NCBI GenBank assembly: GCA_965222225.1
Contig: CBDCTK010000002.1
Span: forward strand, 480,001-544,000
Length of the DNA stretch: 64,000 nucleotides
Reading direction: 5' to 3'
Origin: Candidatus Poribacteria bacterium
GTDB lineage: Bacteria; Poribacteria; WGA-4E; JAJDTR01
Part shown: piece after piece, positions 10,604 through 20,779 of the stretch
Numbering within the stretch: the first letter of the stretch is position 1
Layout: each line of letters opens with the position of its first letter
The notes under the pieces: generated by a model
Database searches by the model: none
Told to the model about the DNA's origin: nothing
Seen by the model: the letters and a program-made list of their open reading frames with translations, nothing else
Made by a program: the position numbers and the translations under genes

Positions 10604-10773
10604 GATTTTGAAGCGCGAAAAACGTTTGGGTTTATGTTTTTAGTGGTGAAAACAGTTTATACATTGTTCCGCTACCGTGGATTGAGCACCTTATCGGTCA
10701 AGGCTTGGATTTGGCAATCCAAGCCGAGCGAGGGAACAGCTATGAATGCCTGTTATCTGCCTGCCCCTCGAAT

Positions 10774-12630
10774 TTATTTGAAAATGCCGACGAAGTCGAA
10801 CCATGTGATGTATAGAAATAGTCCAGCTATTAGCACAATGCTGACTTGCTGGATAATCAGTTGCTTACGAATGCTTAAGGGCTTACCACGTAATTTTTCA
10901 ATGATAAAGAACAATATCAGTCCACCATCAGCGATTGGAATCGGTAGCAGATTGACAAAGGCGAGGTTGACAGAGATAAATCCGGCAAAGCGGATTAACT
11001 CGCGAAAACCAAAGCGAGCGGTTTCTGCAGTGGCACTAACAATGCCAATCGGTCCACTAAGTAATTCCGGAGAAACTTCACCAGTTACAAGTTGACCAAC
11101 CATAGACACAGCCTCGGTTACCATCGACCAGCTTTCCTTGATTCCTCTCCCCCATGCCGTAGCAAAATTGTATTGTCTGACTCTATCTGGTTCCGTGAGT
11201 GCAAGCCCGCTAACGGTAGGGGCAACACGTAGCTCTTTGATCAGGAGGCCTTCGCTGTCTTGAGAGTGCATCAACTTGAGCATTACCGTGAAGGTCTCAC
11301 TGTTCGGGCGATGGCCGCTCAGGTTTTCAAGAGTATTCAAATCAGCTCGGTTGTTCTCTAATTCGGCACGAAGCAGTAGGTCGCGATGGAATTCAAACTC
11401 CACCGGTTGATCGACGTGGATTTTTGCGAGTTCTTGAACTTTCTGGTCAAAAACAACATTTTGGACAGGCACGCCATCAATTGAAATTAGCTGATCGCCA
11501 CCCCGAATTCCTTTACTTTGGATGTAACTGTTCTTCTGAATTGTCCCAACGATGAGTTTCCAATCGAGATGTAGATTCTTTACGAAGGAACCGCCGTCAT
11601 CTTTGAAAACATCAATTTTACCCTCGCCTTCTTGGAGTGTATAAACTCGATCCAAGTCGGTAATTTCCCATCCTCTACCGGTTTCCAAAGTTAAAATTGC
11701 GGCATCCCCGGATAGTGCTACATTGTGTTCGTTAAACATACGACGCAACTGCCGTGGAATCAAACCTCTGTTCAAATCCTCTTGGGGAATTACTTCACTA
11801 TCAAACATGAAGCCACGCCGGATTTCAAGCTGGACCGTATTGCCATGGTTTAGTCTAGCAATTTCGTGAAAGTCTGCGTATCTATAGATAGTCTCGTCAT
11901 TGACTTTATCAATCAAATCTCCGGCTTCAAGACCACTTTTCTCTGCCCAACTGTTCTCTTCGACATGGGAAATCAATACTTCTTGCTTCGGCGACACCCC
12001 AAGCTGGCCAATCTTGCGCGCCTTAATTTCCCTTGTTTCAGTTTTTACATTATACAGCATCTGTTTCCGACCGTTTCGAATGATTTCGATATCGAGTTCT
12101 TCGTCGGGGTGTATTGCAACCACCATCTGCAAGTCACGCCAATCCTTTAGTCGTTTTCCGTTAATGGCAATCAGCTTATCCCCGGGTTGGAGGCGAGCAA
12201 GTTCCGCCGGACTTCCATCGACAATATGTCCAATCTGAGTTGTTTCGAGTGATTTGCGAATGTACTCGCCGGAGAATAGGTAGATTAAAGAAAACACAAT
12301 TATGCCAAATGCAACGTTCATGGCGGGACCGGCAATCGCGACGAAGATGCGTTGACCTACCGGAGCAGAGGGAAATTCATCCGGCGCCCCGGTGCGCTCT
12401 TCCGGGTTTTCGCCCGGCATTTTCACAAATCCGCCAAACGGAATTAGAGAAATGCAGTATTCTGTGTCGCCCCGCTTAAAGCCGAATAATTTAGGGCCAA
12501 AGCCGATTGAAAATTTATCGACGCGGATTCCGCAGCGTCTAGCTGCTAGGAAATGCCCGAGCTCGTGGATGAAAATTAGAAAACCCAGTGTGAAGATGGC
12601 AATGATTATTCCATTTATCGAACCCAACAT
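10774..12630 (-). CDS. rseP: RIP metalloprotease RseP with multiple PDZ domains and an extra insert
   Basis: HELGH, GFGPKL, AGPAMN, NLLPIPIADGG; follows dxr. Confidence 0.93.
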   Translation of the reverse strand: MLGSINGIIIAIFTLGFLIFIHELGHFLAARRCGIRVDKFSIGFGPKLFGFKRGDTEYCISLIPFGGFVKMPGENPEERTGAPDEFPSAPVGQRIFVAIAGPAMNVAFGIIVFSLIYLFSGEYIRKSLETTQIGHIVDGSPAELARLQPGDKLIAINGKRLKDWRDLQMVVAIHPDEELDIEIIRNGRKQMLYNVKTETREIKARKIGQLGVSPKQEVLISHVEENSWAEKSGLEAGDLIDKVNDETIYRYADFHEIARLNHGNTVQLEIRRGFMFDSEVIPQEDLNRGLIPRQLRRMFNEHNVALSGDAAILTLETGRGWEITDLDRVYTLQEGEGKIDVFKDDGGSFVKNLHLDWKLIVGTIQKNSYIQSKGIRGGDQLISIDGVPVQNVVFDQKVQELAKIHVDQPVEFEFHRDLLLRAELENNRADLNTLENLSGHRPNSETFTVMLKLMHSQDSEGLLIKELRVAPTVSGLALTEPDRVRQYNFATAWGRGIKESWSMVTEAVSMVGQLVTGEVSPELLSGPIGIVSATAETARFGFRELIRFAGFISVNLAFVNLLPIPIADGGLILFFIIEKLRGKPLSIRKQLIIQQVSIVLIAGLFLYITWFDFVGIFK

Positions 12631-12931
12631 AAAATATCACCTTCTAAAATATTGTCCGAGACCGAAGATTAGTACATGTAGAAAATGAAACGCAAAAACC
12701 CTTTCAAGGGGTTTACCTAAGCAAATGGGATAGAATAACCCTCCATTAGTCTCTAGGCTTAGTGTACGTGGTACCGCTCGGCGTGAAGTGCAGTAACTTT
12801 ATTTTCAGAATCGGGATAATAAGGACATTCACTGCCGAATAGTTGCCTTAGTGCCCGGTAATTACAATAGAGATTGTACTTTGTGTCGTGTCGTCCCTCT
12901 TGTTAATGCCAAACTGCTTGGGTTACACCTA

Positions 12932-14116
12932 CTAGACAACTAGCCTCTGTCTACGAATTAACTCCTGTGCTGTTGATTTTGCCCATCCATCTGCGGCTAA
13001 AATGTCATCGAAGCCGGGTTTAAGTTCCGTGTCATGCCGATCCATGACGTCCTTAAGGATATCCGGAATGTCCATAAACCCAATCTGTTCGTCTAGAAAT
13101 GCTTGAACAACGATCTCATCGGCACTACTGAGCACTGTAGGCAGTGTTCCTCCAACTTCGGCAGCGGTATACGCTAGAGAGAGACAAGGGAATTTTTCAC
13201 AATCAACGGGTTCAAGGTGAAGCGTACGGATATCACAAAGATTGAGTCGCGGAACAGGTGTGGACAAACGGTTTGGATAGGCTAGAGCATGTTGAATAGG
13301 AAGACGCATATCCGTAGCACTCAATTGAGCAAGAATTGAACCGTCAACAAATTCAACTAGTGAGTGGATGATGCTTTGTGGATGAATGATTACATCGATC
13401 TTTGACAGCTCTATGTCGAACAACCATTGGGCTTCAATGACTTCCAACCCTTTGTTCATCATGGTTGCAGAGTCGATTGAGATTTTACTGCCCATTTCCC
13501 ACTTGGGATGATTCAAAGCTTCCTGCGGAATTACCGAGTCGAGTTCATCTATGTCAGTATGGCGAAAGGGACCGCCCGATGCTGTAAGGATAAGACGATG
13601 AATATCGCTCCGTTTCCGGCTGTGTTCTTCACAATCCGAAAGACATTGGAAGATAGCACTCATCTCGCTATCGACAGGTAATAGACGCACATCATGTTCT
13701 TTGACGGCTTGCATGACAAGCGAGCCACACATCACCAACACTTCTTTATTGACGAATGCAAGGTCCTTGCCGGCCCTTATGGCTTCTAGCGTCGGCAACA
13801 GCCCCGCGCTTCCGCCAATTCCTTCGAGTACCAGATCCGCTTCGTCCATAGTCGAGATTGCCAATACGCCCTCCGGGCCGGCAATTACTTCAACTGATTT
13901 CACATCTCGTATTCGCCTTCGCAACTCATCTGCGGCGGCCTTATCGTTGAGAGCGGCACATCTCGGGCGAAAACGACGAATCTGACGCTCCATCAGGTCC
14001 ACAGAAGTATTTGCAGCGATTCCCGCGACACTGAATTCATCAGGATGAGTTGCTACGACTGAAAGAGCGCTCTTTCCGATGGATCCAGTAGAGCCGAGAA
14101 TGGCGAGGTGTTTCAT
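12932..14116 (-). CDS. dxr: 1-deoxy-D-xylulose-5-phosphate reductoisomerase
   Basis: ILGSTGSIG, LLPVDSE, TASGGPF, HPKWEMGSKISIDSATMMNKGLE. Confidence 0.97.
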   Translation of the reverse strand: MKHLAILGSTGSIGKSALSVVATHPDEFSVAGIAANTSVDLMERQIRRFRPRCAALNDKAAADELRRRIRDVKSVEVIAGPEGVLAISTMDEADLVLEGIGGSAGLLPTLEAIRAGKDLAFVNKEVLVMCGSLVMQAVKEHDVRLLPVDSEMSAIFQCLSDCEEHSRKRSDIHRLILTASGGPFRHTDIDELDSVIPQEALNHPKWEMGSKISIDSATMMNKGLEVIEAQWLFDIELSKIDVIIHPQSIIHSLVEFVDGSILAQLSATDMRLPIQHALAYPNRLSTPVPRLNLCDIRTLHLEPVDCEKFPCLSLAYTAAEVGGTLPTVLSSADEIVVQAFLDEQIGFMDIPDILKDVMDRHDTELKPGFDDILAADGWAKSTAQELIRRQRLVV

Positions 14117-14200
14117 ATCTTAGAATTGAACGAAGGCCTTATGGACGAGGGGAGATGAAGAAGATATGGAACTTGAGGGTTACACAGGACTAAATACATA

Positions 14201-15007
14201 TCATGCAGTGCCTACGAAATACTCGAAATAGTAATAAAGTGCGGGGGTAGAAAAAACCAAACCGTCGCATCGATCTAGCAGTCCTCCGTGCCCGGGGACA
14301 GCACTGCTCGAATCCTTCACGTGTGCATTCCGCTTAATTATCGACTCACTGAGATCGCTGATTTGACTGATGATGCCCAGAGACAAACCAAGTATTAGCG
14401 CATGTACAATGTCCACGGTTTCTTGCAAGAGCAAGAACCAAACGGCCAAGCCGCCCCCCATCCCAGCAATCAAACCCGCGACTGCTCCTTCAATCGTTTT
14501 ATTAGGGCTAATTGCGGGGCACAACTTTCGTTTGCCCAAGTTGCTCCCTATGAGGTATGCGCCACTGTCACCGCACCAGACAGTCGCGAGAAGGAAGAAA
14601 ACCAAGCTGCTACCAATCGGGTCACCTATTTGCCGCAACAGCAGTAGGTGGTAACCAAATGCCCAACCAACATAAATGCTGCCGGTGATGGTGCCGGACA
14701 CAGAGAGGAAGACATCATTTGCTTGCCTTCGGAAGATTTCCGCGGCAAAAGCAACAACAAGGGCAAAAGCAAAGGCGAGCTCAACCGAGAAACCGAACTG
14801 TGCCGAGAGGCCAAACGGCAAAGCTGACAGAAAAAGCGTTGCCTTGCGGCTCTTGGATCCAATGGAGCGTGCGAGTTGACCAAACTCGGCCAACATAACC
14901 AACACGACGGAGAAAACTAGGATGGGATAGAAAAGCGAACCCCGGTAGATAATCAGAATGAGCACCGGAATTAAGACAATGGCACTCAGAAGCCGCTTCC
15001 AAAACAT
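14201..15007 (-). CDS. cdsA: phosphatidate cytidylyltransferase
   Basis: SPNKTIEG...DLSESIIKR...KDS...PGHGGLLDRCD signature. Confidence 0.95.
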   Translation of the reverse strand: MFWKRLLSAIVLIPVLILIIYRGSLFYPILVFSVVLVMLAEFGQLARSIGSKSRKATLFLSALPFGLSAQFGFSVELAFAFALVVAFAAEIFRRQANDVFLSVSGTITGSIYVGWAFGYHLLLLRQIGDPIGSSLVFFLLATVWCGDSGAYLIGSNLGKRKLCPAISPNKTIEGAVAGLIAGMGGGLAVWFLLLQETVDIVHALILGLSLGIISQISDLSESIIKRNAHVKDSSSAVPGHGGLLDRCDGLVFSTPALYYYFEYFVGTA

Positions 15008-15042
15008 TGGTTTTTGGGAATGGTTCGCTTCAATCTGACAGT

Positions 15043-15630
15043 CTAAAGCTCAAGCAATTCCTCTTCCTTTGATTTCAAAAGCTGATTGATTCGATCTATA
15101 TATTTATCAGTTATTGCCTGAACGGGGTCGTCACTACCTCGCGGTTTCTTTCTATCCGTTCCTCTACCTTTGCCTTTTCTTTCCCCGGATCCGGAATCTT
15201 GGTCGGACTTCCGCATTGCTTCATTCGCATCACGGCGAATGTTCCTGACACAAACTCGCCCGTCTTCAGCCAACTTGCGGACGTATTTCGTAAGTTGTTC
15301 GCGTCGTTCCGTAGTTAAATCGGGGATTTGAATGCGAATAACATTCCCATCATTATTCGGATTCAAGCCCAGATCTGAGCGAGCAACGGCTTTTTCTACT
15401 TCCTTAAGTATTGTTTTGTCCCAAGGTTGGATTATCAGTGTCCGCGGTTCTGGAGTGGTTATGGTTGCAACTTGAGTTAATGGACTCTTGCTGCCGTAGT
15501 AATCTACAAAGACATTATCCAATAAAGAAGCTGAGGCACGGCCGGTCTGTACATGCGAAAAATTCTTGGCGGTTGCGTCCACTGCTTTTTTCATACGTCC
15601 TTCCGCCTGCTGCAAAGTGTTGTCTGCCAT
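15043..15630 (-). CDS. frr: ribosome recycling factor
   Basis: TGRAS, DYYGS, QPWDK, LGLNP, RNIRRDAN. Confidence 0.96.
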   Translation of the reverse strand: MADNTLQQAEGRMKKAVDATAKNFSHVQTGRASASLLDNVFVDYYGSKSPLTQVATITTPEPRTLIIQPWDKTILKEVEKAVARSDLGLNPNNDGNVIRIQIPDLTTERREQLTKYVRKLAEDGRVCVRNIRRDANEAMRKSDQDSGSGERKGKGRGTDRKKPRGSDDPVQAITDKYIDRINQLLKSKEEELLEL

Positions 15631-15681
15631 TTTCAAGATCCCCGTGAAAGAGTATTATTGAGTTGGCTATTAGGGTTCAAA

Positions 15682-16284
15682 CTAATCGCTATCTTGCCCC
15701 AACACATAAAGTGCAAAACGTTTCACGATGATGTTTTCCCCCAGTTGGGCAATCGAATCCTGAAGAAGTTGTCTGACAGTCTTGTCGGTGTCTCGGATGT
15801 TGCCCTGCTCCAGCAAACACATTTCAGAGTAAAATTTACCCAACCGTCCCTCGACAATCTTGTCTACAATTTTCTCGGGCTTTCCCTCATCAAGTGTCTG
15901 TGTTCTGAGAATCGCCTTTTCAGCATTCAATATGCTTTCCGGTACATCGTCCTTGCTAACGTACTTTGGCTTGGCTGCGGCAATCTGCATTGCTATCTCC
16001 TTTGCGAGATTCTGGAACTGGTCGGTGCGTGCCACAAAGTCGGTTTCACAGTTTACCTCTACCAATACACCGATTCGGTTGCCAGGGTGAATATATGAAA
16101 CAACCAAACCTTCGGTAGCCGCTCTACCACTTTTCAGTTCAGATGCTCGTAGCCCTTTCTCACGGAGGAAATGAATCGCCGCCTCCACGTCGCCACTCGT
16201 TTCCGAGAGAGCCTTCTTACAATCCATAATTCCGGCGCCTGTACGTGTCCGCAGATCGCTCACCATTTTTGCTGTTATATTCAT
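15682..16284 (-). CDS. tsf: elongation factor Ts (short form)
   Basis: LRTRTGAGIMDCKKAL, EVNCETDFVA. Confidence 0.97.
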   Translation of the reverse strand: MNITAKMVSDLRTRTGAGIMDCKKALSETSGDVEAAIHFLREKGLRASELKSGRAATEGLVVSYIHPGNRIGVLVEVNCETDFVARTDQFQNLAKEIAMQIAAAKPKYVSKDDVPESILNAEKAILRTQTLDEGKPEKIVDKIVEGRLGKFYSEMCLLEQGNIRDTDKTVRQLLQDSIAQLGENIIVKRFALYVLGQDSD

Positions 16285-16324
16285 TTAGGAAGAAAACCTC
16301 CAATCATTGTATACAACCCGAGTT

Positions 16325-17611
16325 TCAGGCTTCTGCTTCAGTAGCCTCGTCGGCCGCGGTAGTAGTTGATGACGCTGGAGCGTCTGATGCCGTAGCTTCG
16401 GCCGTTTCTGCATCTGCTTTCTTGGTTTTTGTGCTTGTGCGCCTTTTGCGACGTGGCTGTTTGGGTGTTGACTCGGCTTCTGCCGATTCTGTCTCGGCTT
16501 CAATCTTAATTTCGGTTACACTATCCCCGGAAGCAGACGCGGTCGCAGCAGTTTCATCCTCGGCCGTTTCTGCATCTGCTTTCTTGGTTTTTGTGCTTGT
16601 GCGTCTCTTACGACGTGGCTGTTTGGGTGTTGACTCTGCCTTGGCCTCAGTCACGCTATCCTCTATAACAGGCTCGGAAACAGCGGCTTCAACCTCCATA
16701 GGCTCGGCTTTTGTATCTACTTTTTTGGATTTTGTGCTTGCGCGCTTCTTTCTTTGCGGGCGCTTAGCCGTAGTCTCGACTTCAACAGCGTCTGTCGGTG
16801 TTTCTCCCGTCCTGTCGGTCGCGCTAACCTCTACCTCGTCGCCAGTTTCAACGGTTTCCGGTTCGTCGCTTTCTACTGCCGCTTTAGATTGAACGACCTC
16901 CGAAATGTCAGCCCCCTCTAATGCAGTTCCCCTGCCCTCAATTATTGAAGTTGCTAGTACGGAGCACATAAGCCTAATTGCACGAATTGCATCGTCGTTG
17001 CCGGGAATCGGGAAGTCAATTAACTGCGGATCGCAATTTGTGTCGACGATGCCAATAACCGGAATACCTAGTTTGTTCGACTCTAGTATGGCGGTGTGTT
17101 CCTTGCGTGTATCGGTAATAATAACCGCGTCCGGGGACCGCTTCATTGCTTTTATGCCGTTAAGATTGTTCGATAATTTTGTTTTCTCTCGTCCTAGACG
17201 GATAACTTCCTTCTTGGGAAGTTGGTCAAAGACACCATTGGCTTCATCAGCTTCCAATTTTTCCAGCCGTTGAATACTGCGTCGAATGGTTTGGAAGTTA
17301 GTTAGCATGCCACCGAGCCAACGATGGTTCACATAGAACATCTGGCATCGAGTGGCTTCTTCGATAACGGTCTCTTGGGACTGCCTCTTCGTACCTACAA
17401 AGAGTACCGTACCACCTTGTGCTGCAATCTCCTGTACATAGTCACACGCAGTCTGAAGCATCCGTAACGTTTTCTGAAGATCTATAATGTAAATACCGTT
17501 GCGCTCAGCGAAAATGTATTTCGCCATTTTAGGATTCCAACGTCGCGTCTGATGACCAAAGTGAACTCCTGATTCAAGGAGTTCTTTCATTGTAGTTCTC
17601 GTAGTTCTCAA
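16325..17611 (-). CDS. rpsB: 30S ribosomal protein S2 with ~190-aa low-complexity C-terminal tail
   Basis: [36 protein letters not shown]; TTG start with GGAGG SD. Confidence 0.97.
   Translation of the reverse strand: MRTTRTTMKELLESGVHFGHQTRRWNPKMAKYIFAERNGIYIIDLQKTLRMLQTACDYVQEIAAQGGTVLFVGTKRQSQETVIEEATRCQMFYVNHRWLGGMLTNFQTIRRSIQRLEKLEADEANGVFDQLPKKEVIRLGREKTKLSNNLNGIKAMKRSPDAVIITDTRKEHTAILESNKLGIPVIGIVDTNCDPQLIDFPIPGNDDAIRAIRLMCSVLATSIIEGRGTALEGADISEVVQSKAAVESDEPETVETGDEVEVSATDRTGETPTDAVEVETTAKRPQRKKRASTKSKKVDTKAEPMEVEAAVSEPVIEDSVTEAKAESTPKQPRRKRRTSTKTKKADAETAEDETAATASASGDSVTEIKIEAETESAEAESTPKQPRRKRRTSTKTKKADAETAEATASDAPASSTTTAADEATEAEA
16398..16636 (-). repeat. intragenic ~77-nt direct repeat (16398-16474 and 16560-16636, period 162 nt) encoding [26 protein letters not shown]
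   Basis: Near-identical DNA copies; degenerate third copy [17 protein letters not shown]. Confidence 0.9.
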
Positions 17612-17631
17612 AAAAACCTCCAGTTGTGCTA

Positions 17632-17713
17632 TTGGGTTTAAGCGTTCACTTCCTTCATACTTACATCAGACCCTCGAGCCGAGAGCACCCTCTGTGTAAA
17701 TCAGGAAGTGTGT
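17632..17713 (-). ncRNA. ribosomal protein S2 (rpsB) leader RNA
   Basis: Minus strand ACACACTTCC...GGGTGC...GGAAGTGAACGCTTAAACCC reproduces the CACAC stem, GGGUGC and AACCC elements of the E. coli rpsB leader. Confidence 0.75.
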
Positions 17714-17744
17714 TTCGTTTGGTATCAAACCTCAAAATCAAAGA

Positions 17745-17774
17745 AATATAACATATTCTCCCGAATTGTGTCAA
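17745..17774 (-). promoter_or_regulatory. sigma70 promoter of the rpsB-tsf operon
   Basis: TTGACA-N18-TATATT with extended TG. Confidence 0.7.
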
Positions 17775-17951
17775 GCAGAGATTTGTCGCTGCGCGGGGCA
17801 GTCGCGTCTAATTCTTGGTTGTAAAGGCATCCTCCACCTCGATATAGACTAGGCGTGCAATAACAAGGGAAAGTAGGAAAAGAGTTCGACGATTGGGTGG
17901 CGGTCGATTCTAGGCTGAGGCATTTTGGTAATTGTCTGCATCACGGATTAA

Positions 17952-18043
17952 GGAATCTCTATGGGAGCTCTATCGTCCTCGATATCCGTTCGGTTGATCA
18001 TTCGCTATTCGCTCATTTCATCTATCCGCTCGGTCAATCCTAC
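17952..18043. repeat. dispersed intergenic repeat, copy B
   Basis: ggaatctctat...ctctatcgtcctcgatatccgttcggttgatca...tcctac, similar to 4467-4535. Confidence 0.6.
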
Positions 18044-18186
18044 AATCAGGTGTGATTGTCTTGGAATTGTTGTCAGATCCGTTTGCATCATCTCGTGATT
18101 CGTGATAAGATACTCATTTTACAAGATTGAAAAGTGGTCTAGGATAATGAACTCATACTAAGAGCAATTTAATAGAGGGTAATGCT

Positions 18187-18600
18187 ATGCAGCGCAATCA
18201 GAAGTCTGTAATACGTCATAAGACGCCCCAGAATCTTATACCCTGGATTGTTATCGGGGTAGTCGTCATTTTCATAGTTGGAGTAATCATTATTCAATCA
18301 TTTCGACCGAAAACCGTCCCTCAACCCACTGCGCCGATGCGCTACCCTCGGGTTCACTTAATCATAAAATCTAATGTCGGCGGGGCAGAGGTGTATCTCA
18401 ACGGGCAACAGAAGACAGTGGTTTCTGATAGCCGGCACGAAGCAAAGCTTCTCAACCTTGGGCGGAAAACACATGAAATCCTGTTGAAAAAGCAGGGATA
18501 TGCGGATTGGACGGAAATGGTAGAAATCACGGGGAATACTCCCTCGCAAACTGTTCAGATCAATATGCGACCCCGCGGGATGCCCGCGTCTACGGAGTGA
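18187..18600 (+). CDS. membrane-anchored PEGA-domain protein
   Basis: Single TM helix; IKSNVGGAEVYLNG...HEILLKKQGYADW PEGA pattern. Confidence 0.75.
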   Translation: MQRNQKSVIRHKTPQNLIPWIVIGVVVIFIVGVIIIQSFRPKTVPQPTAPMRYPRVHLIIKSNVGGAEVYLNGQQKTVVSDSRHEAKLLNLGRKTHEILLKKQGYADWTEMVEITGNTPSQTVQINMRPRGMPASTE

Positions 18601-18673
18601 TGTGCAGTCTTGCACCATCGTCATGTTCGCATGGGTATATTTTCGTTTCGGTATGAATTAGTTTCCATAACCT

Positions 18674-19603
18674 ATGTTTGAAGAGATCCTCGCAGCAACT
18701 ATAAGGCAAGCAACCCCATTGCTTTTGGCTGCATTGGGTGAGGTCGTTGTACAGCGATCCGGAGTCATCAATATCGGTATAGAAGGTATGATGCTCATGG
18801 GCGCCTTCTTTGGCATGCTAGGTTCCTTTTATACCGGCATTGCGGTTCCGAACTTAGCACCATGGATCGGGCTAGTTGCCGCCGGGTTGAGTGGCGGGAT
18901 TACGGCTTTCTTGTTTGCATTCCTTACCATCCGACTCTCCGCTGATCAGGTGGTGACAGGGACGGGGATTACGCTTTTAGCGCTGGGTCTGACTGAGGTC
19001 GTCTATCAGAAGCTTTTTAGCTACACCGGCTCCGCGCTCAAAGTTGCTGCGTTCGGAGAAGTCCAAATTCCCGTTTTGTCTGGTATTCCTTGGGTCGGCC
19101 CGGCGCTTTTTCAACACAACATCCTTGTTTTCCTGACCTTTCTATTCGTTCCTTGTGTCTATTTTTATCTGTTCCAAACTTCTCACGGCTTGACAATTCG
19201 AGCTTGTGGTGAAAACCCGAAAGCTGTTGATGCAGTCGGGGTGGATGTGAGAAGATTGCGCACACTGTGTGTGTTGTTCGGGGGACTGATTGCGGGATTC
19301 GCGGGTGGTTATCTGTCACTCGCCGATGTTCCCTATTTTACGCCAGGAATGACCGTAGGGCGGGGTTATATTGCTCTGGCAATCGTTATTTTTGGTAAAT
19401 GGCATCCCGTCAAGGCATGCGGCGCAGCACTACTCTTTGGTCTGGGAGAATCGCTGGGGGTACGTTTTCAAGCCATCGGATGGGATGTTCCGTACCAGTT
19501 CTTGCTCATGCTACCGTACGTGTTGACACTTTTAGTCCTCGCGGGCTTCGTTGGTCGATCCACACCACCGCAGGCACTGGGTGTCCCTTACAAGCGCGAG
19601 TAG
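18674..19603 (+). CDS. ABC transporter permease (simple sugar/nucleoside type)
   Basis: SGVINIGIEGMML, IRACGENP, GRGYIALAIVIFGKW, PQALGVPY. Confidence 0.92.
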   Translation: MFEEILAATIRQATPLLLAALGEVVVQRSGVINIGIEGMMLMGAFFGMLGSFYTGIAVPNLAPWIGLVAAGLSGGITAFLFAFLTIRLSADQVVTGTGITLLALGLTEVVYQKLFSYTGSALKVAAFGEVQIPVLSGIPWVGPALFQHNILVFLTFLFVPCVYFYLFQTSHGLTIRACGENPKAVDAVGVDVRRLRTLCVLFGGLIAGFAGGYLSLADVPYFTPGMTVGRGYIALAIVIFGKWHPVKACGAALLFGLGESLGVRFQAIGWDVPYQFLLMLPYVLTLLVLAGFVGRSTPPQALGVPYKRE

Positions 19604-19684
19604 ACATCGGAGCACGAGCCGTCACGTTTAATCTGACATAACGGTAAACAGAAACCTTTAAGAGATTGGGTTGGGTAATTCTTA

Positions 19685-20620
19685 ATGGAAACGTTAACAC
19701 ACTGGATTGCACAAATAACCAAACTGTCGCCGTGGGTACAGACGAATCTCTTTACGTCAATCATCATCATCCTGATTCTCTGGCTGCTGCAAACTCTTGT
19801 TATGTCTATCGTTGTGCGGAGAGTAGAAGACGTACGGCTCCGCTATCGATGGCGCAAAACCTCCAAGAGCGTTGCGGCTGCACTTGGGGTTGTGCTTGTC
19901 GGACGAGTATGGTTCGAAGGCATTCAGTCTCTAGCAACCTTTCTAGGTCTTGTCGCCGCCGGGTTAACGATTGTCTTGAAAGATGTAGTGACAGCTATTG
20001 CCGGTTGGTTCTTTATCATCTGGCGCCGACCGTTTAATGTGGGCGATCGTATCCAGATAGGGCAGCATGCGGGGGATGTGATTGACGTACGAATCTTTAA
20101 GTTTACCTTGATGGAAATCGGGAATTGGGTGGACGCGGACCAGAGCACTGGGCGCGTCCTTCACATACCTAACGGGCTAGTATTGAGTGAAATCGTGTCA
20201 AACTATAGCAGAGGATTTCAGTATATCTGGAATGAACTTCCGGTGCTAGTGACATTCGAGAGCAATTGGAAAAAGGCGAAGACAATTCTACAAGAGATTG
20301 TCACGAAACACGCCCAGCACTCAAGCGAAGTTGCGCAGAAACATATCCAAGAGGCGAGCCGTCGGTTTATGATATTCTATTCCGTGCTTACGCCAACAGT
20401 CTATACTAGCGTGGCGGAAAGTGGAGTTCTGCTCACAATCCGCTATTTGTGTGAACCGCGTACCAGGCGTGGTACGTCGGAGACGCTTTGGGAGGATGTC
20501 TTGCACCAATTTGCCGCCCACAAAGATATCGACTTTGCCTATCCGACGCGACGTTTCTATGACAATCTACGAGAAGGTGAACTCGGCACGAGACCATCGA
20601 CTGTTGCAGCAGATTCCTAG
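19685..20620 (+). CDS. mechanosensitive channel, MscS family
   Basis: RPFNVGDRIQIG...GDVIDV, IPNGLV, IDFAYPTR. Confidence 0.9.
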   Translation: METLTHWIAQITKLSPWVQTNLFTSIIIILILWLLQTLVMSIVVRRVEDVRLRYRWRKTSKSVAAALGVVLVGRVWFEGIQSLATFLGLVAAGLTIVLKDVVTAIAGWFFIIWRRPFNVGDRIQIGQHAGDVIDVRIFKFTLMEIGNWVDADQSTGRVLHIPNGLVLSEIVSNYSRGFQYIWNELPVLVTFESNWKKAKTILQEIVTKHAQHSSEVAQKHIQEASRRFMIFYSVLTPTVYTSVAESGVLLTIRYLCEPRTRRGTSETLWEDVLHQFAAHKDIDFAYPTRRFYDNLREGELGTRPSTVAADS

Positions 20621-20779
20621 AGTGGAGATAGTTGAATCTCCGCGTTTACGTGCATTTGATTGAGCCACTCCTTAGGGCAATGAACTGTATGTCGTAATGC
20701 GCTACAATCCTTTCACGTTCCGGTTGTTCTGTTGTTTTCAGTGACGAACACTTCCCGGCTTGGAGGTGTCCATTCAATT

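Noticed and set aside
12640-12930. Open stretch on the minus strand between dxr and rseP
   Set aside because: No start codon or SD in the longest frame.
16245-16892. 215-aa plus-strand ORF with repeats
   Set aside because: Antisense shadow of the low-complexity rpsB tail.
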